Source of the DNA: Schizosaccharomyces osmophilus
Taxonomy: Eukaryota
Reading direction: 5' to 3'
DNA: 64,000 bases
Assembly (NCBI RefSeq): GCF_027921745.1
Contig: NC_079239.1
Location: 372,001-436,000 of the forward strand
Shown: positions 46,004 to 59,302 of the stretch, piece after piece
Layout of the letters: every line of letters begins with the position of its first letter
How positions within the stretch are numbered: the first letter of the stretch is position 1
Translations under genes and position numbers: made by a program
The notes under the pieces: model-generated
What the model was told of the DNA's origin: nothing
The model's input: only the letters and a program-made list of their open reading frames with translations
Database searches by the model: none

Positions 46004-46939
46004 TGGATGATCCTAAAATTGTTCTTTTTTTCATTAAGACTTCATCAGCGACTTCAGCGAGAATACTTTCGAGTTGTAGTATGAATCGTGCTTTTAGAAA
46101 TTCTATAGAGCGAAGGCACAAACCTATAATATATGCAGCAATATACTCAATGTAATAAATAAATAAATAATAAAAGATTCAAAAAATTCAATGTTGGATT
46201 CGTATGCTGAAATTTAGTTGTCAAGTGTCCCTACACCTTAAGAAGAAACGTTACTTAAAATTGCTACTTCTCAAGGCAAGCTTAAAACAAGTTAGTAAGA
46301 TTCTGTCTTAAAACGGAGGTGTATTGTTGATGGTGTCTGTATTATTTTCGTGTAATGAAGCTTGTTAGCACATCCTTATGGCGCTTTGGTTGAGCATGGG
46401 ATCCGTAGCATTTGGTGTTTTCGTCTGTAGCGAAGATAGATTTCTTCCATGTGCGAGTAGAAGAGCGTAAGCACCTTGTTTTCCGGCTACGAAATGATCT
46501 TAAAGAAGGCCATGCCGTCTTTGTTAATGAGCCAGGTTACTGCATGGTCATCCTTGTTGGCAGCATGGTAAACGTCTACTAGGCAATGCTACAAAAGCTT
46601 AAAATGAGGAGGTTGCTACTGTACTGATGAAATGGTTTTGGTCTCATAGACATATTCTTTGTGAATTCATTGTTTTTTAGCAGTCTATATGGTTCGTTTA
46701 CTTTTGTTTACTACTCCAACATTTCACCACCAAAGTCGAAAAGCCAGTGTTCGCGTCGCATTTACAAACATTTGTAAAACGCAATTTACCCTTTAGTATT
46801 ATAAAGTCGATACCTTTTATCCTTTTTTTTTATTTTTTTCAGCAAGAAAGAGAAAGAGACACGAATATTTTAAGTTTGGCTACTTTTTTCCATATTCGTA
46901 AATTCAATTCTCGAACTGATAGTTTCTGAAAATAAATGG

Positions 46940-48105
46940 ATGGATATTTCAAACTATGTTGCAAATTTTCATTTTGACGAAAAACATGCTGCAGCTTTTG
47001 ATAATGGTATGTCGTAAAGTACGTTTTTCTGGCATAAAGCAGTAAAGAGTGGCTAACAAGTATTCACTGTTTAGCAGATGTAAACACCATTGATCTCTTA
47101 ACTATTGATGTCTCGGATTTGGAGAAGCGGACGAACTGTAAAAAAGATGAGCTCATTCAAATCATACAACAGGTTTCACTCTTATTGCGGCCCAAGAGAA
47201 AGGTTGCTTCACAAATTGTCCAATCCTTTTTAACTACGGGAGACCCTGTCTTGGATCAGAAGCTTCGGGGTGGAATACCAGTTGGTCAATTGACTGAAAT
47301 TTGCGGCGAAAGTGGTTCTGGGAAGTCTCAACTATGCATGCAGCTGTGTATAATGGTCCAACTTCCTAGAGCTTTTGGTGGATTAAATAAAGCGGCTGTG
47401 TTTATATCTACCGAATCCGGACTAGAAACAAAACGTCTATTCGAACTAGCAAAGTATCTACCAGACCGATTTCCAGAAGCTGAAGAAAGCGACGTATTTA
47501 TTCGAAACCCTGGTGACAGAGTATATACCATTCTCTGTCCAGATTTGGAGTCGCAAGAACACATTATTCAATACCAGCTTCCCATTCTTTTTGAACGAGA
47601 CAGTATAGGGCTAGTTGTGCTAGATAGTGTCGCTGCTAATTACCGTGCTGAATTGAGGTATAATCGGTCGAAAAGTCATTATACGGATTTAAATAATATT
47701 GCGACCAGAGGAAATCAATTGGGAAAGCTTGCATCTATACTTCGAGATCTTAGCCGGCGGTATGAAGCTGCTGTCGTTATTGCAAATCAAGTGAGTGATC
47801 GGCTAACGCGGGACTACGACGCAATTGGGTTATTTAGTTTGGACTATCAGTCACAATGGTTTAATGGATGGGACGATTTAGATCCAAATCCTAAGATACC
47901 TTCCTTGGGTCTTGTTTGGACGAATAATGTCAACACGAGATTGGCTCTCATCAAGCGTGCCGACAGTGCAACTGTGAAGGCGAGAAGGACGCTAAGAGTT
48001 GTTTACTCTCCAAATGCTGCACGAATTGACATTCCAGTATTAATAGGTTCTATGGGTATTTTTGTTCCCAAGGAAGAAAAAGACGCTTCCAACCCCTTAT
48101 TATAG
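46940..48105 (+). CDS. rad57: Rad51 paralogue Rad57 (XRCC3-like); intron 47007-47074
   Basis: GESGSGKSQLC, VVLDSVAANYR, PSLGLVWTN; spliced N-terminus MDISNYV. Confidence 0.95.
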
Positions 48106-48495
48106 ATCGCATTTCTGTATGTTTAACGAAAAAAATGTATTACTGTATTGTTATAGTTGAAATAGGATTAGGTAAAGCCCTTTCAAAAGAGGCTTCTTTG
48201 GTGGATACTGCGTTTAACTTTTTTTACAGAAAAGAAATTAATATATATATTGAAGATCGTTTTCATTAGGCACTTTATTCACGAAAGAAAGAAAATTGAT
48301 CTGCAAATTGACAAAGCCCTCCCTTCTACGCACAGTCGCTTACGACCTTTTACTGTCTTTCTATGAAGAAAGACAGATTGCTGTATAATTTTTCTATTCT
48401 ATTTTGGCTTTACCATAATAATGGTTTTTTTTTAAAGCGTCAATTTACACAGGACTTTGCAAGAAAACATAGTTGAAAGAAACTGTTGGAGCAAC

Positions 48496-49427
48496 ATGGC
48501 ATTGCCCATTGATCGAATTAATACCAAAGATATCTTCACCGATGAAGTTACCAATCTATTAAACTCGTTTCCTGTGCATATTTATTTCAATATTCGAGGA
48601 AAGCTGCTTATGATTGATACATCGGAATTGCTATACTTACCACACTGTCTCCTTGGCATGTTATTTATACAAGGATTTGGCCCTCTACTAAAAAATGAAG
48701 GTGGTACTCCTGATACTTGTCTAAAGTGTCATCTAATTGATCCTGCTGCTTGTAGTTGGTTATTGGACATATATTTACGACTGTTCCTCAAAAACACCAA
48801 TTACTCTCCGTACAAAATTAAAGAAGATCCTTTAAACGACACGACATTTGTCTTTCTGTTGGTAGAGTTCTGCGATATATATGTTATATCCAAAAAAACA
48901 CATCAAGGGGTGAACCCAAGTGTGAAGGAGAAGCTTTTGGAACTCTACTACAAAAACAATAATATATTTGAGACTTCTCCGAAATCTCTTTTCTTTGGTA
49001 ATAAGAAGGAACGGTCAGCATTCGTTCATCTGCTAAATGAATGGTAAGTAGGAACAGAGGTACAACCTTAGTATATAATATAGCTAATTAGTTCTACGCA
49101 GCGGGTTTGGTAAAGATGAAAAATGGAGCCGAAGAGTGAAAGAACCAAAACGAATGTCCTTATCCTCATACCATGTTACTACATTACGCTGTACGGCTGA
49201 AAATGCGGATTTATGCGAAAGACAACTGCGATTCTGGAGAACCCCAGGGGTATGGCATGCCGAAATGGCATTAAATTAGGTGTTTTTTTAACTAACGAAA
49301 CGTATTATAGCATAAATGTTGGTGGTTTGAAAACATGCATAATTTCGATAACACAGCATTAAATGTTTGGCGTCGCAAATTTTGGACTTTGGAGCTTAGC
49401 ATTACAGGCCAAAGTGTAAGTTCATAG
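48496..49427 (+). CDS. whi2: Whi2-family phosphatase activator; introns 49044-49101 and 49250-49310
   Basis: The spliced C-terminus LRFWRTPG|HKCWW...VWRRKFWTLEL matches the Whi2 family; synteny with SPAC20H4.08. Confidence 0.8.
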
Positions 49428-49637
49428 ACTTAAAACTCACCTATAAATTTTGTATACCTGCTTTTGTTTAGTCCTACTTTTTTTTCTATACTTTTTATCT
49501 ATAATCATTGTATATTTCGTTTCGTTTATAGCACTCTCTTTCCTTAGTTTAGTTATATATGCTGGTTTTCAGTAAGCTGATTTAAACCATATATATGACC
49601 TTTGTTAGTAGCTTGTTTCAAACGTCTATGAAAAAGT

Positions 49638-51962
49638 ATGGAGGATGAATTCGCCATTCAGTCATTTAAACCTGCTCTCAGTACCAATCTAGCATTTCAG
49701 AAAAAGCTATTACCAATATTTAAATATCGTATGAATTATCTACTTTGAAGGATGAACACTGAACTAACGGTGCTTTAGGAGAACCACTTTTGTATGCCAT
49801 TGAGACCTTCCAAGTCACGCTCTTGCATGGGCACACTGGATGTGGAAAGACAACTCGTATGAGATACTTTTTTAATTTCAATGATAGCTGCTAACTGAAT
49901 ATTAGAACTGCCTCAGTATTTGTACGAAACTGGCTGGACGAAAGAAGGAAAAATAATTGGGTGTACACAGGTACTACACTTTTTTTGATTCTATTATACA
50001 TGAATTTTTATTAATTCGTTAGCCGAGAAGATTGGTTGCTAGAAGTGTTGCAACTCGCGTCTCAGAAGAACTGAATACAGAAGTTGGGAAAGCGTGTGGG
50101 TATAAGATTCAGTTTGAGCACAATGTATCCGATGAGACGAAAATTGAGTATATGACTGATGGCAGTCTGCTAAAAGAAATCCTTACGGACCCTCTTTTAC
50201 AGCGCTTTTCGGTTATTATGATCGACGAAGTACACGAGCGAACTGTTAATATAGACCTTCTCTTGGGAATACTGAAAAGGTATAACTAAAAAAGAGAAAA
50301 GAAATATATAGCTAATTTACAGGATTCTTTTAAAGCGCCCTGATTTGAGAGTGATCCTTGCTAGTGCTTCCGCGAACATACAGAGTTTAAATGATTTTTT
50401 TTACGAAAGAGGTAAAATTGATACGAAAATTATTTCAATTGAAGGGAAGTTATTTCCCGTCGATGTGATGTACCTTGAAAATCCTACGGAAAACTATGTG
50501 AACATGGCAATTGAGACGGTGTTGAATATAAATTCCTCGTATCCTTCAGGCGATATTTTGGTATTTCTCACAGATCGAAGAGAGATTGATGATTGTGTAA
50601 AACGTATTGAGGCTTTGTCTATAACAACGCCAGAGGACTTGCCAATGCTTGTACCATTGCCTTTGTATTCGGGTCTAACATTGGACGAGCAGTTACGTGT
50701 TTTTGACATCTACGAAAAGAGATTTAGAAAAGTTATTTTTTCTACAAACATTGCTGAAGCAAGTGTGACCATTGATGGAATTGTTTATGTTGTAGACTGT
50801 GGCTTGTGCAAGCTCCGAATCTTTAATCCTTACAGCAGAATTACAAAACTAATTCGCGTTCCGATTTCAAAATCTAATGCAGTTCAAAGAACTGGAAGGG
50901 CAGGAAGGACCAATCCTGGAAAATGTTTTCGGTTGTTCCCCAAGAATGTCTATGATTCCTTAAAAGATGAAAGCGATGCTGAAATAAGTCATGCTGATAT
51001 GTTGCCAGTTGTGTTGTTCCTAAAAGCGATTGGTTTAAGAAACATATACCAATTTCCATTTTATATTCCCCCTCCGACAATACATATCATTGCGGCTTTA
51101 GAGGTACGTCCTGCTAATATCACTTTTACGTTGCTAATGACTTTTAAAGGATTTGTACTTTTTAGGAGCTATCGATGATCACTCAAGTTTAACCGACCCT
51201 ATTGGGTTCCAAATGGTGGAGTTGCCCTTAGATGCAAGATTATCAAAAGCGGTAAGTTTATTGTTTTTTCAATGCTATCCGAATGATTATTTCTGACTCT
51301 ATATAGCTCCTCTCGTCTGCTAGTTATGACTGTACTAATGCAATGTTAAATATTGTATCTGTTGTGATGGCAGGGGATGTCTTCTATCGTCCTTCTAGTA
51401 ATCACCACGAAGCTACTGCTTGTCATGCAACATTTATTACTGAAGAAGGTGATATTCTAACTGGTTTAAATGGTAATCCAGCTTATTGTACTTCAATGTG
51501 ACTAACCAATAGTCTTGGAATCGTTTTTAAATCGAAAGAAAGATATGAAATGGTGCAAGACAAATTTCTTGAATTATAATACTTTGAGTCATGCTAGTGA
51601 GATTCGAAAGCACATCCTTCCCTACTTGCAACGCTTTCGCATTTCTTCAGAAAAGAGGTTGACAGATGCGGATTCCTCAAAAATGATAGAATGTATTTTA
51701 CAAGGATTCTTTCGGAATGTGGCACATTTACAGGATGACGGATCTTATAAAACAATCTCAGGATCACCAGTTTGGGTTGATCAGAAAAGTACAATGAACA
51801 ACAAAAGCATACCTTGGATTATGTTTACTTCAAGTAAGTTACTGATCATGAAAATTTACTAAATTATTTCTAGTGGTTCAATATGAAGATCGAACATTTA
51901 TTAATGGGATTTCAAAAATTGAAAGTAAATGGTTAGAGCATTTTTATAATAGAAGAAAATAA
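49638..51962 (+). CDS. gih35: DEAH-box RNA helicase, DHX35 orthologue (Gih35); 9 exons
   Basis: Introns 49729-49778, 49857-49905, 49971-50022, 50280-50322, 51104-51149, 51252-51306, 51473-51512, 51834-51873; motifs GHTGCGKTTQ, TQPRR, DEVHER, STNIAEAS, QRTGRAGR. Confidence 0.88.
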
Positions 51963-52068
51963 ATATTTAAGTTATTTTTGGGTAATACTGAGTGTCTTTA
52001 TACGGTGTCACAGACGTCTTACTTATTGCCTTGGTAGTTCGTACCGTCTTCCACTGACTTAAGCAATA

Positions 52069-55000
52069 ATGAGTGATCTAGAAAATGTACGGTTCAAGGT
52101 CAAACACTTATGCTAATTGAATTATAGATACGCCTTAAAAGACTTGCAAAGTTACAACGCGCAAGTTCAGGTGATAATGTTTCAGATAGAAGCCGCGAGG
52201 TGAGCGAGGAGCATGAACCCAAAAAACCGAATATAAAACAGGATGAAGATATGCCTGATGCTATTAGACCTCCTATTGAAAAAAAGCAAGTAAATACAAA
52301 GCCTTCTCGTTCAAGTAGTCCACAGCCAAAGACATTTTCCCGTGAAGAGTGGGTACATGTCATAACAAGCCAAACACTCAATATAACTTTGGAATCGGAA
52401 CAAAACGAAAGATACTACTTGGAGTCATTTAAAAAAGACTTGGAAAGTGAAGGGCACCCTTGTTCATTTAACGAAGATAATGTTGATTCTGCATTATTAA
52501 CTAGGTTGTCGACAACTGGTGACGATACGTTTAAATATTTATTAAATTCCTGGAACTCAATTTATAATGTCCTAAAAAGATTGCCGAAGGATGAACACCT
52601 TCAATTTAAAGCCAATTACCTTACGAACTTAAAATACCTCTTGGTAAGTTATGCTGGCATAACTATATTGTTGCCCGACACCTTCAACTGTTCTACCATA
52701 AATTTCGCTGATTTACTTACAAAATCACCTGGGATACCTTTAGAGTTTATTGTTGATTTTGTTGCACGTTACGAAAATGAAGGTTTGGATGAAATCTTCG
52801 TTCCCGTATTGGAAACATTATCAGTAAAAATTAGTCGTATGAACGTGGAGACATTTGAGATGAATGTTATTCAAGTGCTGCTGCAATTGGTTTCTTTGAA
52901 ACCGGTAGCTGCCCTAGTTCCTCAATTACCATCTTGGTGTCCTTCAACAAACCCTGGCGAGCTTGAGTATAAAACTTTCTTGGGAAGAATTTCAAGCCTT
53001 ACTGTTTTTACGCAAGAAGTTGCAAATCGCTACTTCTCAAATTCCAAGGATCGCTCTATGCAGGATATCGCATCTTCTATTAGTTCTCTGAGAGTGGTTG
53101 TTTCTAGTTACCAAGAGCAACTTTTCCAAATTGTCAGTGCTCTTATTCGAACTTCTCAGGAAATTCGCGAAAAAGTATTAGATTTTCTTGCAATGGTCGT
53201 AAATGTTAATCACAAACGTCAATCACTTCACGTTGATCAGTTCAATATAACCTCAGATGCTTGTATGCTTAATTTGGCTTATGTTTTAAACAGACTATCA
53301 GAACCGTTTTTGGACATTAAATTCTCAAAAATAGACAGAGTACAATCGGAGTACCTACGCAGACGTCCTCGTATTGACTTCAAAGAGGAAACAAAGCTTA
53401 ATGCGGATCAAAAATCTTCTGAAGAATTTTATTCTCGTGGTTTTGAAGGATCCAATAATTTCATATCTGACATCTTTTTCATCAATCTCTCTTATCATCA
53501 TTTCGGCATCAATGCTGCCGTTAAGGCTCTAGAGCAAACACTTGTGAGTATCCGAGACTCAGAGAAATTAAGGGAGCGATTAGAAGCTGAACAGGCCGTG
53601 AACTCAAATACATTCTTAGCTCGACGACTTTCCGCTCAGATTGATCATCTTTATCAACGAATTGATTTAGATCGATCCTTTGTACATTGCTATGAAATTA
53701 TGCTCACTCAGTCATCCGAAACTTCCAGATCTTACAGTTTCCTCAATTTCGTCATGGCATGGCTGTTGCGCGTAGCTAACAACGCTGCATCTGATTACCC
53801 AAAGGAGCCTCTTGTGCTGCCTTTTTCAGAAACAGCGCCAGAACTCTTCAAAAACCTTCCAGAATATTTTATCGAAGCCATTACTGATTATGTACTTTCT
53901 CTTTTCAAAACTTCTTCCTCTGCTTTAAGTACTCATCCATCAGAAGCATTGTGTGAATTTTGCGTCACTTTGTTGACAAAATCATCGTATATAAAAAACC
54001 CGTATTTGCGTGCAAAGCTTGTGGAAATTCTTTTTTACGGAGTGCAGAGTCAACGTGGTCAACCTGATGTGATGATCGACGTTTTGTCAACATCGCAAGT
54101 TGCTACCAAATGGCTGATTCCTGCTTTGATGGGTTTCTATATCGAAATCGAGTCCACAGGTCAGTCCACTCAGTTTTATGATAAATTTAATATTAGATTT
54201 TACATTTGTGAGGTTTTTCGTACTATATGGAAATTACCGGCTTACTTTGGAAAATTGGAACAAGAACAGAAAACTAATTTGCCTTTCTTTGTGAAATTTG
54301 TGGCTCTGATGTTAAACGATGCTACATACCTTTTAGACGAGGCTCTTTTGAAGTTGAAGGATATTCACGATTTACAGGAAAAAGTTAATGAAGCTATAAA
54401 CACGGGTGAGTCAAATCAAACCGTTCAAGAGTCTCAGCAGAATTTGGTAGCTACGGAGCGTCATGCCTCAGTCTATTGTCAGTTGGGTAACGAAACAATT
54501 TTGATGCTTCGATTGTTTACATCATCAATTCCGAAAGCATTTTGTGCTTTGGAAATTGTCGAGAGACTGGCTGCAATGTTGAACTATAACCTTCAAGCAC
54601 TATGTGGTCCTAGATGTAGAAATCTAAAAGTGCGAGATCCCACAAAGTATAAATTCGATCCCAAGTCTTTATTATCCACAATCTTGGATGTATACTTAAA
54701 TTTGTGCAATGAAGACAATTTCGTTGAAGCTGTTGCTCATGATGGACGCTCATACAGCAAGGAAATTTTCGAAAGAGCTCTTGGAATTGTTAGAAAACAC
54801 AACTTGAAGTCTTCATTTGACATTGAAAATATCTCAAATTTCGTCAACAAAGTGGAGAAATTTAGGTTGGAAGAGGAAAATGAAGAAGAAGACATGGGTG
54901 AGGCTCCTGATCACTTCCTTGATCCGCTAATGTTCACGATTATGAAAGATCCTGTGATTCTTCCTAGGTCGGGAATGTCGATTGATAGAAGTACTATTAA

Positions 55001-55190
55001 GGCACACCTTTTGAGTGATAACACGGATCCTTTTAATCGCACTCCTCTGACTTTGGAAGATGTTACACCTAGTAAGTTTTTCGCATGATGTACATGTTGT
55101 ACTAACAAAAATCTAGATAATGCGTTACGAGAAGAAATTGAGGCGTATATGAAAGCCTTAAAAGAAAAAAGAGTCAAAAGAAGTGAGTGA
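52069..55190 (+). CDS. ufd2: E4 ubiquitin ligase Ufd2 (U-box); introns 52087-52127 and 55072-55116
   Basis: IRLKRLAKL, KNPYLRAKLVE, QFYDKFNIR, U-box FLDPLMFTIMKDPVILP...DPFNRTPL. Confidence 0.96.
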
Positions 55191-55490
55191 CTTTGACGAT
55201 TGCAGATGATAGGAGGCTGCTGAGTACAAGAAAAAAACAGCAGTGCGTTGTTTGATCAGAAGATTTCATAGTATTCATAGTACAGGAAAACCTAATTTAT
55301 AAATTAAATTATGTCGTTGAACATTTATAAGAATAAATTATTATGCTAGTGAAAGCAGTTAAAAAGGGAAAAGTAAACTATTATCGTTGATGGACTCACT
55401 GAAAAGTAAGGTGGAGTTCATGAACATTAGATACAAGCTGACATAAGTAGAGCCATATCACATGGCAATCAATGCTGAGACAAATAAGGT

Positions 55491-56145
55491 TTAAAGAATA
55501 AGGCAACGCTTCTTCTTCTTAGTCTTGTTTCCATTATTGGCTTTGAATTTCAACATGGACGCGCGGGCAGCTGTTTCAAACACTTCTTGCACACCATCAT
55601 TAAGCTTAGCAGAACACTCAAGGTATTTGTAGGCGCCAATCTTTTTAGCAACGGTTTCGCCATCCTCATAAGGAATTGGCTTTTGAGAGGTTTTCGAGAG
55701 TTCCTCTACTACTTTGGGATCATTGCGCAAATCATTTTTGCACCCGACAAGTATAATAGGAAGACTGGAGCAGAAATGCATAACTTCAGAAATCCATTTT
55801 TCTTGTACATTATCTAAACTTTCAGGAGCGTCAACGGAAAAGCAGATCAATACGACATGAGAATCTGGATACGAAAGGGGACGGAGACGGTCATAGTCTT
55901 CTTGGCCGGCGGTATCCCAAAGGGCTAACTCGATGTGACGACCATCGACATTCACGTCTGCGACATAATTTTCAAAGACGGTAGGCACATACACCTCAGG
56001 AAATGTACCCTTGGAGAAAACGCTAAAAAGAACGATTAGTAAGTATCGAAAATAAAGTGTAAGAGCACACATACATAAGCAAACAAGTTTTACCACAAGC
56101 ACCGTCACCAACGATGACTAATTTACGACGAAGCTCTGTAGACAT
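55491..56145 (-). CDS. rho5: Rho-family GTPase (Rho1 paralogue Rho5); intron 56074-56023
   Basis: [32 protein letters not shown], CaaX CLIL; rho5 assignment from synteny. Confidence 0.88.
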
Positions 56146-57392
56146 AATGATAAGAGAGGGGTTCAAGGAAAAAATAGTCAAATAGATGTAGTTTTCCTTT
56201 GAAATTTAAAGTAATATATTAAGAATAATCCTGAAAAAATCTTCAAAAGTGAATGAATCGAATTTGTAGATAAATTATTAGGATGATTAGACAAAAATAT
56301 TCAAGAAACCCTTTTAAATAAAAACGAGAACAAAGAATGTATTAAGAAGAAATTACCTTCTGCAAAAGAGAGAAAAGGAATGAGAAATTAGGAAAACACT
56401 TGTATAAGTAAAACAGTCAAGAAACTATTAAGAAGATAGTGAGGAATTCGAATATGAACTTCCTATCAACTCTATGTTTTCTTTTCTTTTGGTTAATTAA
56501 TGAGCAAAGTAAACAAATGAAGAAGTAGGTGGTAAAGAGTACTGGCACTTACAAGGCTTCTTCCCTCATTTAAAGGGTAGATTAGCATTCTATAATTTAC
56601 GTCATAATATACTATTAAGGTATATTAAAGTATCCTAAAACGCTGTTACATGCTCGGCTATTCTAAACAAAGGAGTACGTTAAGTTCCGTAAAGTTATCG
56701 AGGTGACATAGGTTTCCTGATATGCCAAGGTTTGTTTACATACAAAAATCAGCCTGTGTCGCATGTAAACGTTCGTTTGGACTGCGTATAGGTTGTACGA
56801 AAATGATTTTTATTAGTAAAGACTCAAATGTCAATTAAATTTTGGTTCTATAAAGATCGTTGTAGAATACGATCGAATTCCTCATCAGCACGGTGAAGTG
56901 TTTGTACAAAGGGTATAATTTTTACGATGAATTTTGACGACCGTAATACAAACCAAGATGCTGAAGCTTTTAAATAATTCGGATACATTAATGGTACGTG
57001 TTCTTTCCTTTTTTTTTTTGGGATTTTTAGTCAATATTTATTTCCATTTTCCACCTTGCTTTGTTTACATGATACGGATGAATGACCTAGTACGAAAAGC
57101 CAAGTTTGTGGATTTTGACAATGCCACGCTAAACGTACAACATAGACAAGAGACTGACAGCCAAGTCATTACCGTACGAATGCCATAAAAACGTTCTGAA
57201 CCGGGTGGAATTGGTGAAAATAATCGCTTTTTTATACTTGTCGCGTTAATATAAATTTAAGAGATTTTGGTTTGTTCCACCTTGTCCAAGTGTTCGTTTG
57301 TAACGCTCTCCTCTGAGCCATCCAAAACAAAACTGAACAAGCGGATTTGCGAGCAGTGTCCGTCGGTTGGTATCTCATTGTGAGCACGAACT

Positions 57393-59001
57393 ATGAAGTC
57401 AAAAGAAGAAGAAGAAGAAGAAGAGTATGATCTCTCTATGTCCATGGCGGATGAACCGAGCTATACAGACCTTGCAGACGATTCTACCTTAGAACCCCTA
57501 ACCAAGCAAGTCAGCCATGGTATGAAGCTGCGGATGAATGTTGGGAAATGGTTTAAAAATGGCATAGCAATGCTGGGCAATTTCTTATCTCTCAGCTTTT
57601 TCCTTGTGATAATCGTTCTGGTCGGAATCGCATTTGACGTTGGAGGAAAATTTTGTGGACTGGTATGCATGAACGACTTTGAAGTCTTTCTATTACGAAA
57701 TTGTTATTTTCAATTTCGTAATTCTGTCTGTTTACGACTCTTACTAATTTGAATGTTTCCCTTAGGTTTTGACACTCGCTCTGGAAGCGTATTTTTGTTC
57801 TGTTGCTTTTTTAAAGCTTTTTGGACTTCGTAAATTTGCCGTCATTCTTCATTTTCTTGAACCTTTACTCGTTCTTCAGCTTTTAATAATCGTCCTTAAT
57901 ATCTCCCCCAGTCTTGAACAAAATAAAATCGCAAACTATGTCATCCATGCTTGGAATGTGATACTCTTACATTGCACTCCTCTTTTTAGCCTGCTAGAAG
58001 GCCTCGCATCTTTACTTGTCATACAAGCTCTTGGGCATTTGGGTCGCTGGCTTGTGCATTACAAGTCTGAAAACTGGATGGTATGGTTCCTTCCTCTACA
58101 TTGTACAATGTGTTTCCTTTTTCTAACTTTTAGTTCTTCATTCTCCTGAATGCTAGCAGCGTTATCTCTATGAGCTTATATTTACTGTACCGCGTTTCTT
58201 CATTCACAATTTCAAATTGTAATGCAGTCATGATTGGGTTTTCTTTGGCTGCTGTCGCAGTCGTTTCCATTTATGGCGTCTCTTCTGGAAGAGCTAGTCT
58301 TTCCGAGGCTTCTTTAATGGTACGTCTCTTGTTTGTTTGCATCCTTCGTTCATCACTCTAACCATATACAGTTTTCATACATTGCTTACACAGTCTATAT
58401 GGTTTGCACCGACTTTGGAAATCCGATTACGATTTCAACACAAAAACCAAATTTTGACTACCTACCACCAGACGTATTACAGAGGTAAGTATTTTACACA
58501 TTTGTAATTTCTTGTGCTTTCAAAAGAAAACACCTCCGCTGACCTTTCAATAGCGTACATCATTTACTTTCTTCCATTTCTTCCATTTTCCCAAAGACCC
58601 TTTCAAATGTTGCTTTGTTTATGGTTGCAGCCATCAAGACAGTTGCACCTAGTGTGTTTGCTACGTTCGCTTATCGTATAACGGTTATGTACGCAGTGAC
58701 TCGGATTCTTCCAGCTATACAACAAAATATAGTATATCTCGAATATAGCCGAACAACAAAACAGAGCTTATGGACAGTGATCTCACCCTGTATCTTAATT
58801 GCCGTCTATACGAATTTGCTCCTTCAGCACCTATATCCAGCGCCTTCTTTCGGTTCTCTTACCAACCAAGTTCTTTGTTCAGCAGAGATCTGGCGCTGGG
58901 TTACTGCAATCTTAACCATTATTTTATACGCTGTTGAATTAGCATACAGCAAAGAGAGCAATACGGGACAAGCTCTTGCAAGTCATTTTAAGCTGGACTA
59001 A
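57393..59001 (+). CDS. ice2: ICE2-family ER multi-pass membrane protein; introns 57663-57765, 58081-58133, 58320-58371, 58485-58553; start codon uncertain
   Basis: IAFDVGG, TPLFSLLEG, YRITVMYAVTRI, SPCILIAVYTNLLLQH. Confidence 0.88.
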
Positions 59002-59302
59002 TAATGCTGCAAAGGCCATTCAATACCAATATTTATCATTTACGTTCGTTTCTTTATTCTTTTTTTCTTAATCTAAATACTTTTTATCTTAGTCTACTAC
59101 TTTATTTAATGTTTAGCAATTGACTGTCTATTGCCATTTTATGCTTGTTCGAAATTCATCTAAGGATCCGTAATAAAAGCAATTCCGCTTCAACTAACAT
59201 CAAACATATTTACAACGCTCACACCACATTTCTATCCTTTTTACCTCTTCATACAATTTACGTATCTCAAAATAAGCAAATCACCTTTATTTATTAATGA
59301 TT

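Noticed and set aside
46615..46660. U17/snR30 identity (AAACCAT m2-like motif on the minus strand)
   Set aside because: The m1 motif is imperfect and the spacing to m2 and to the ACA box does not fit.
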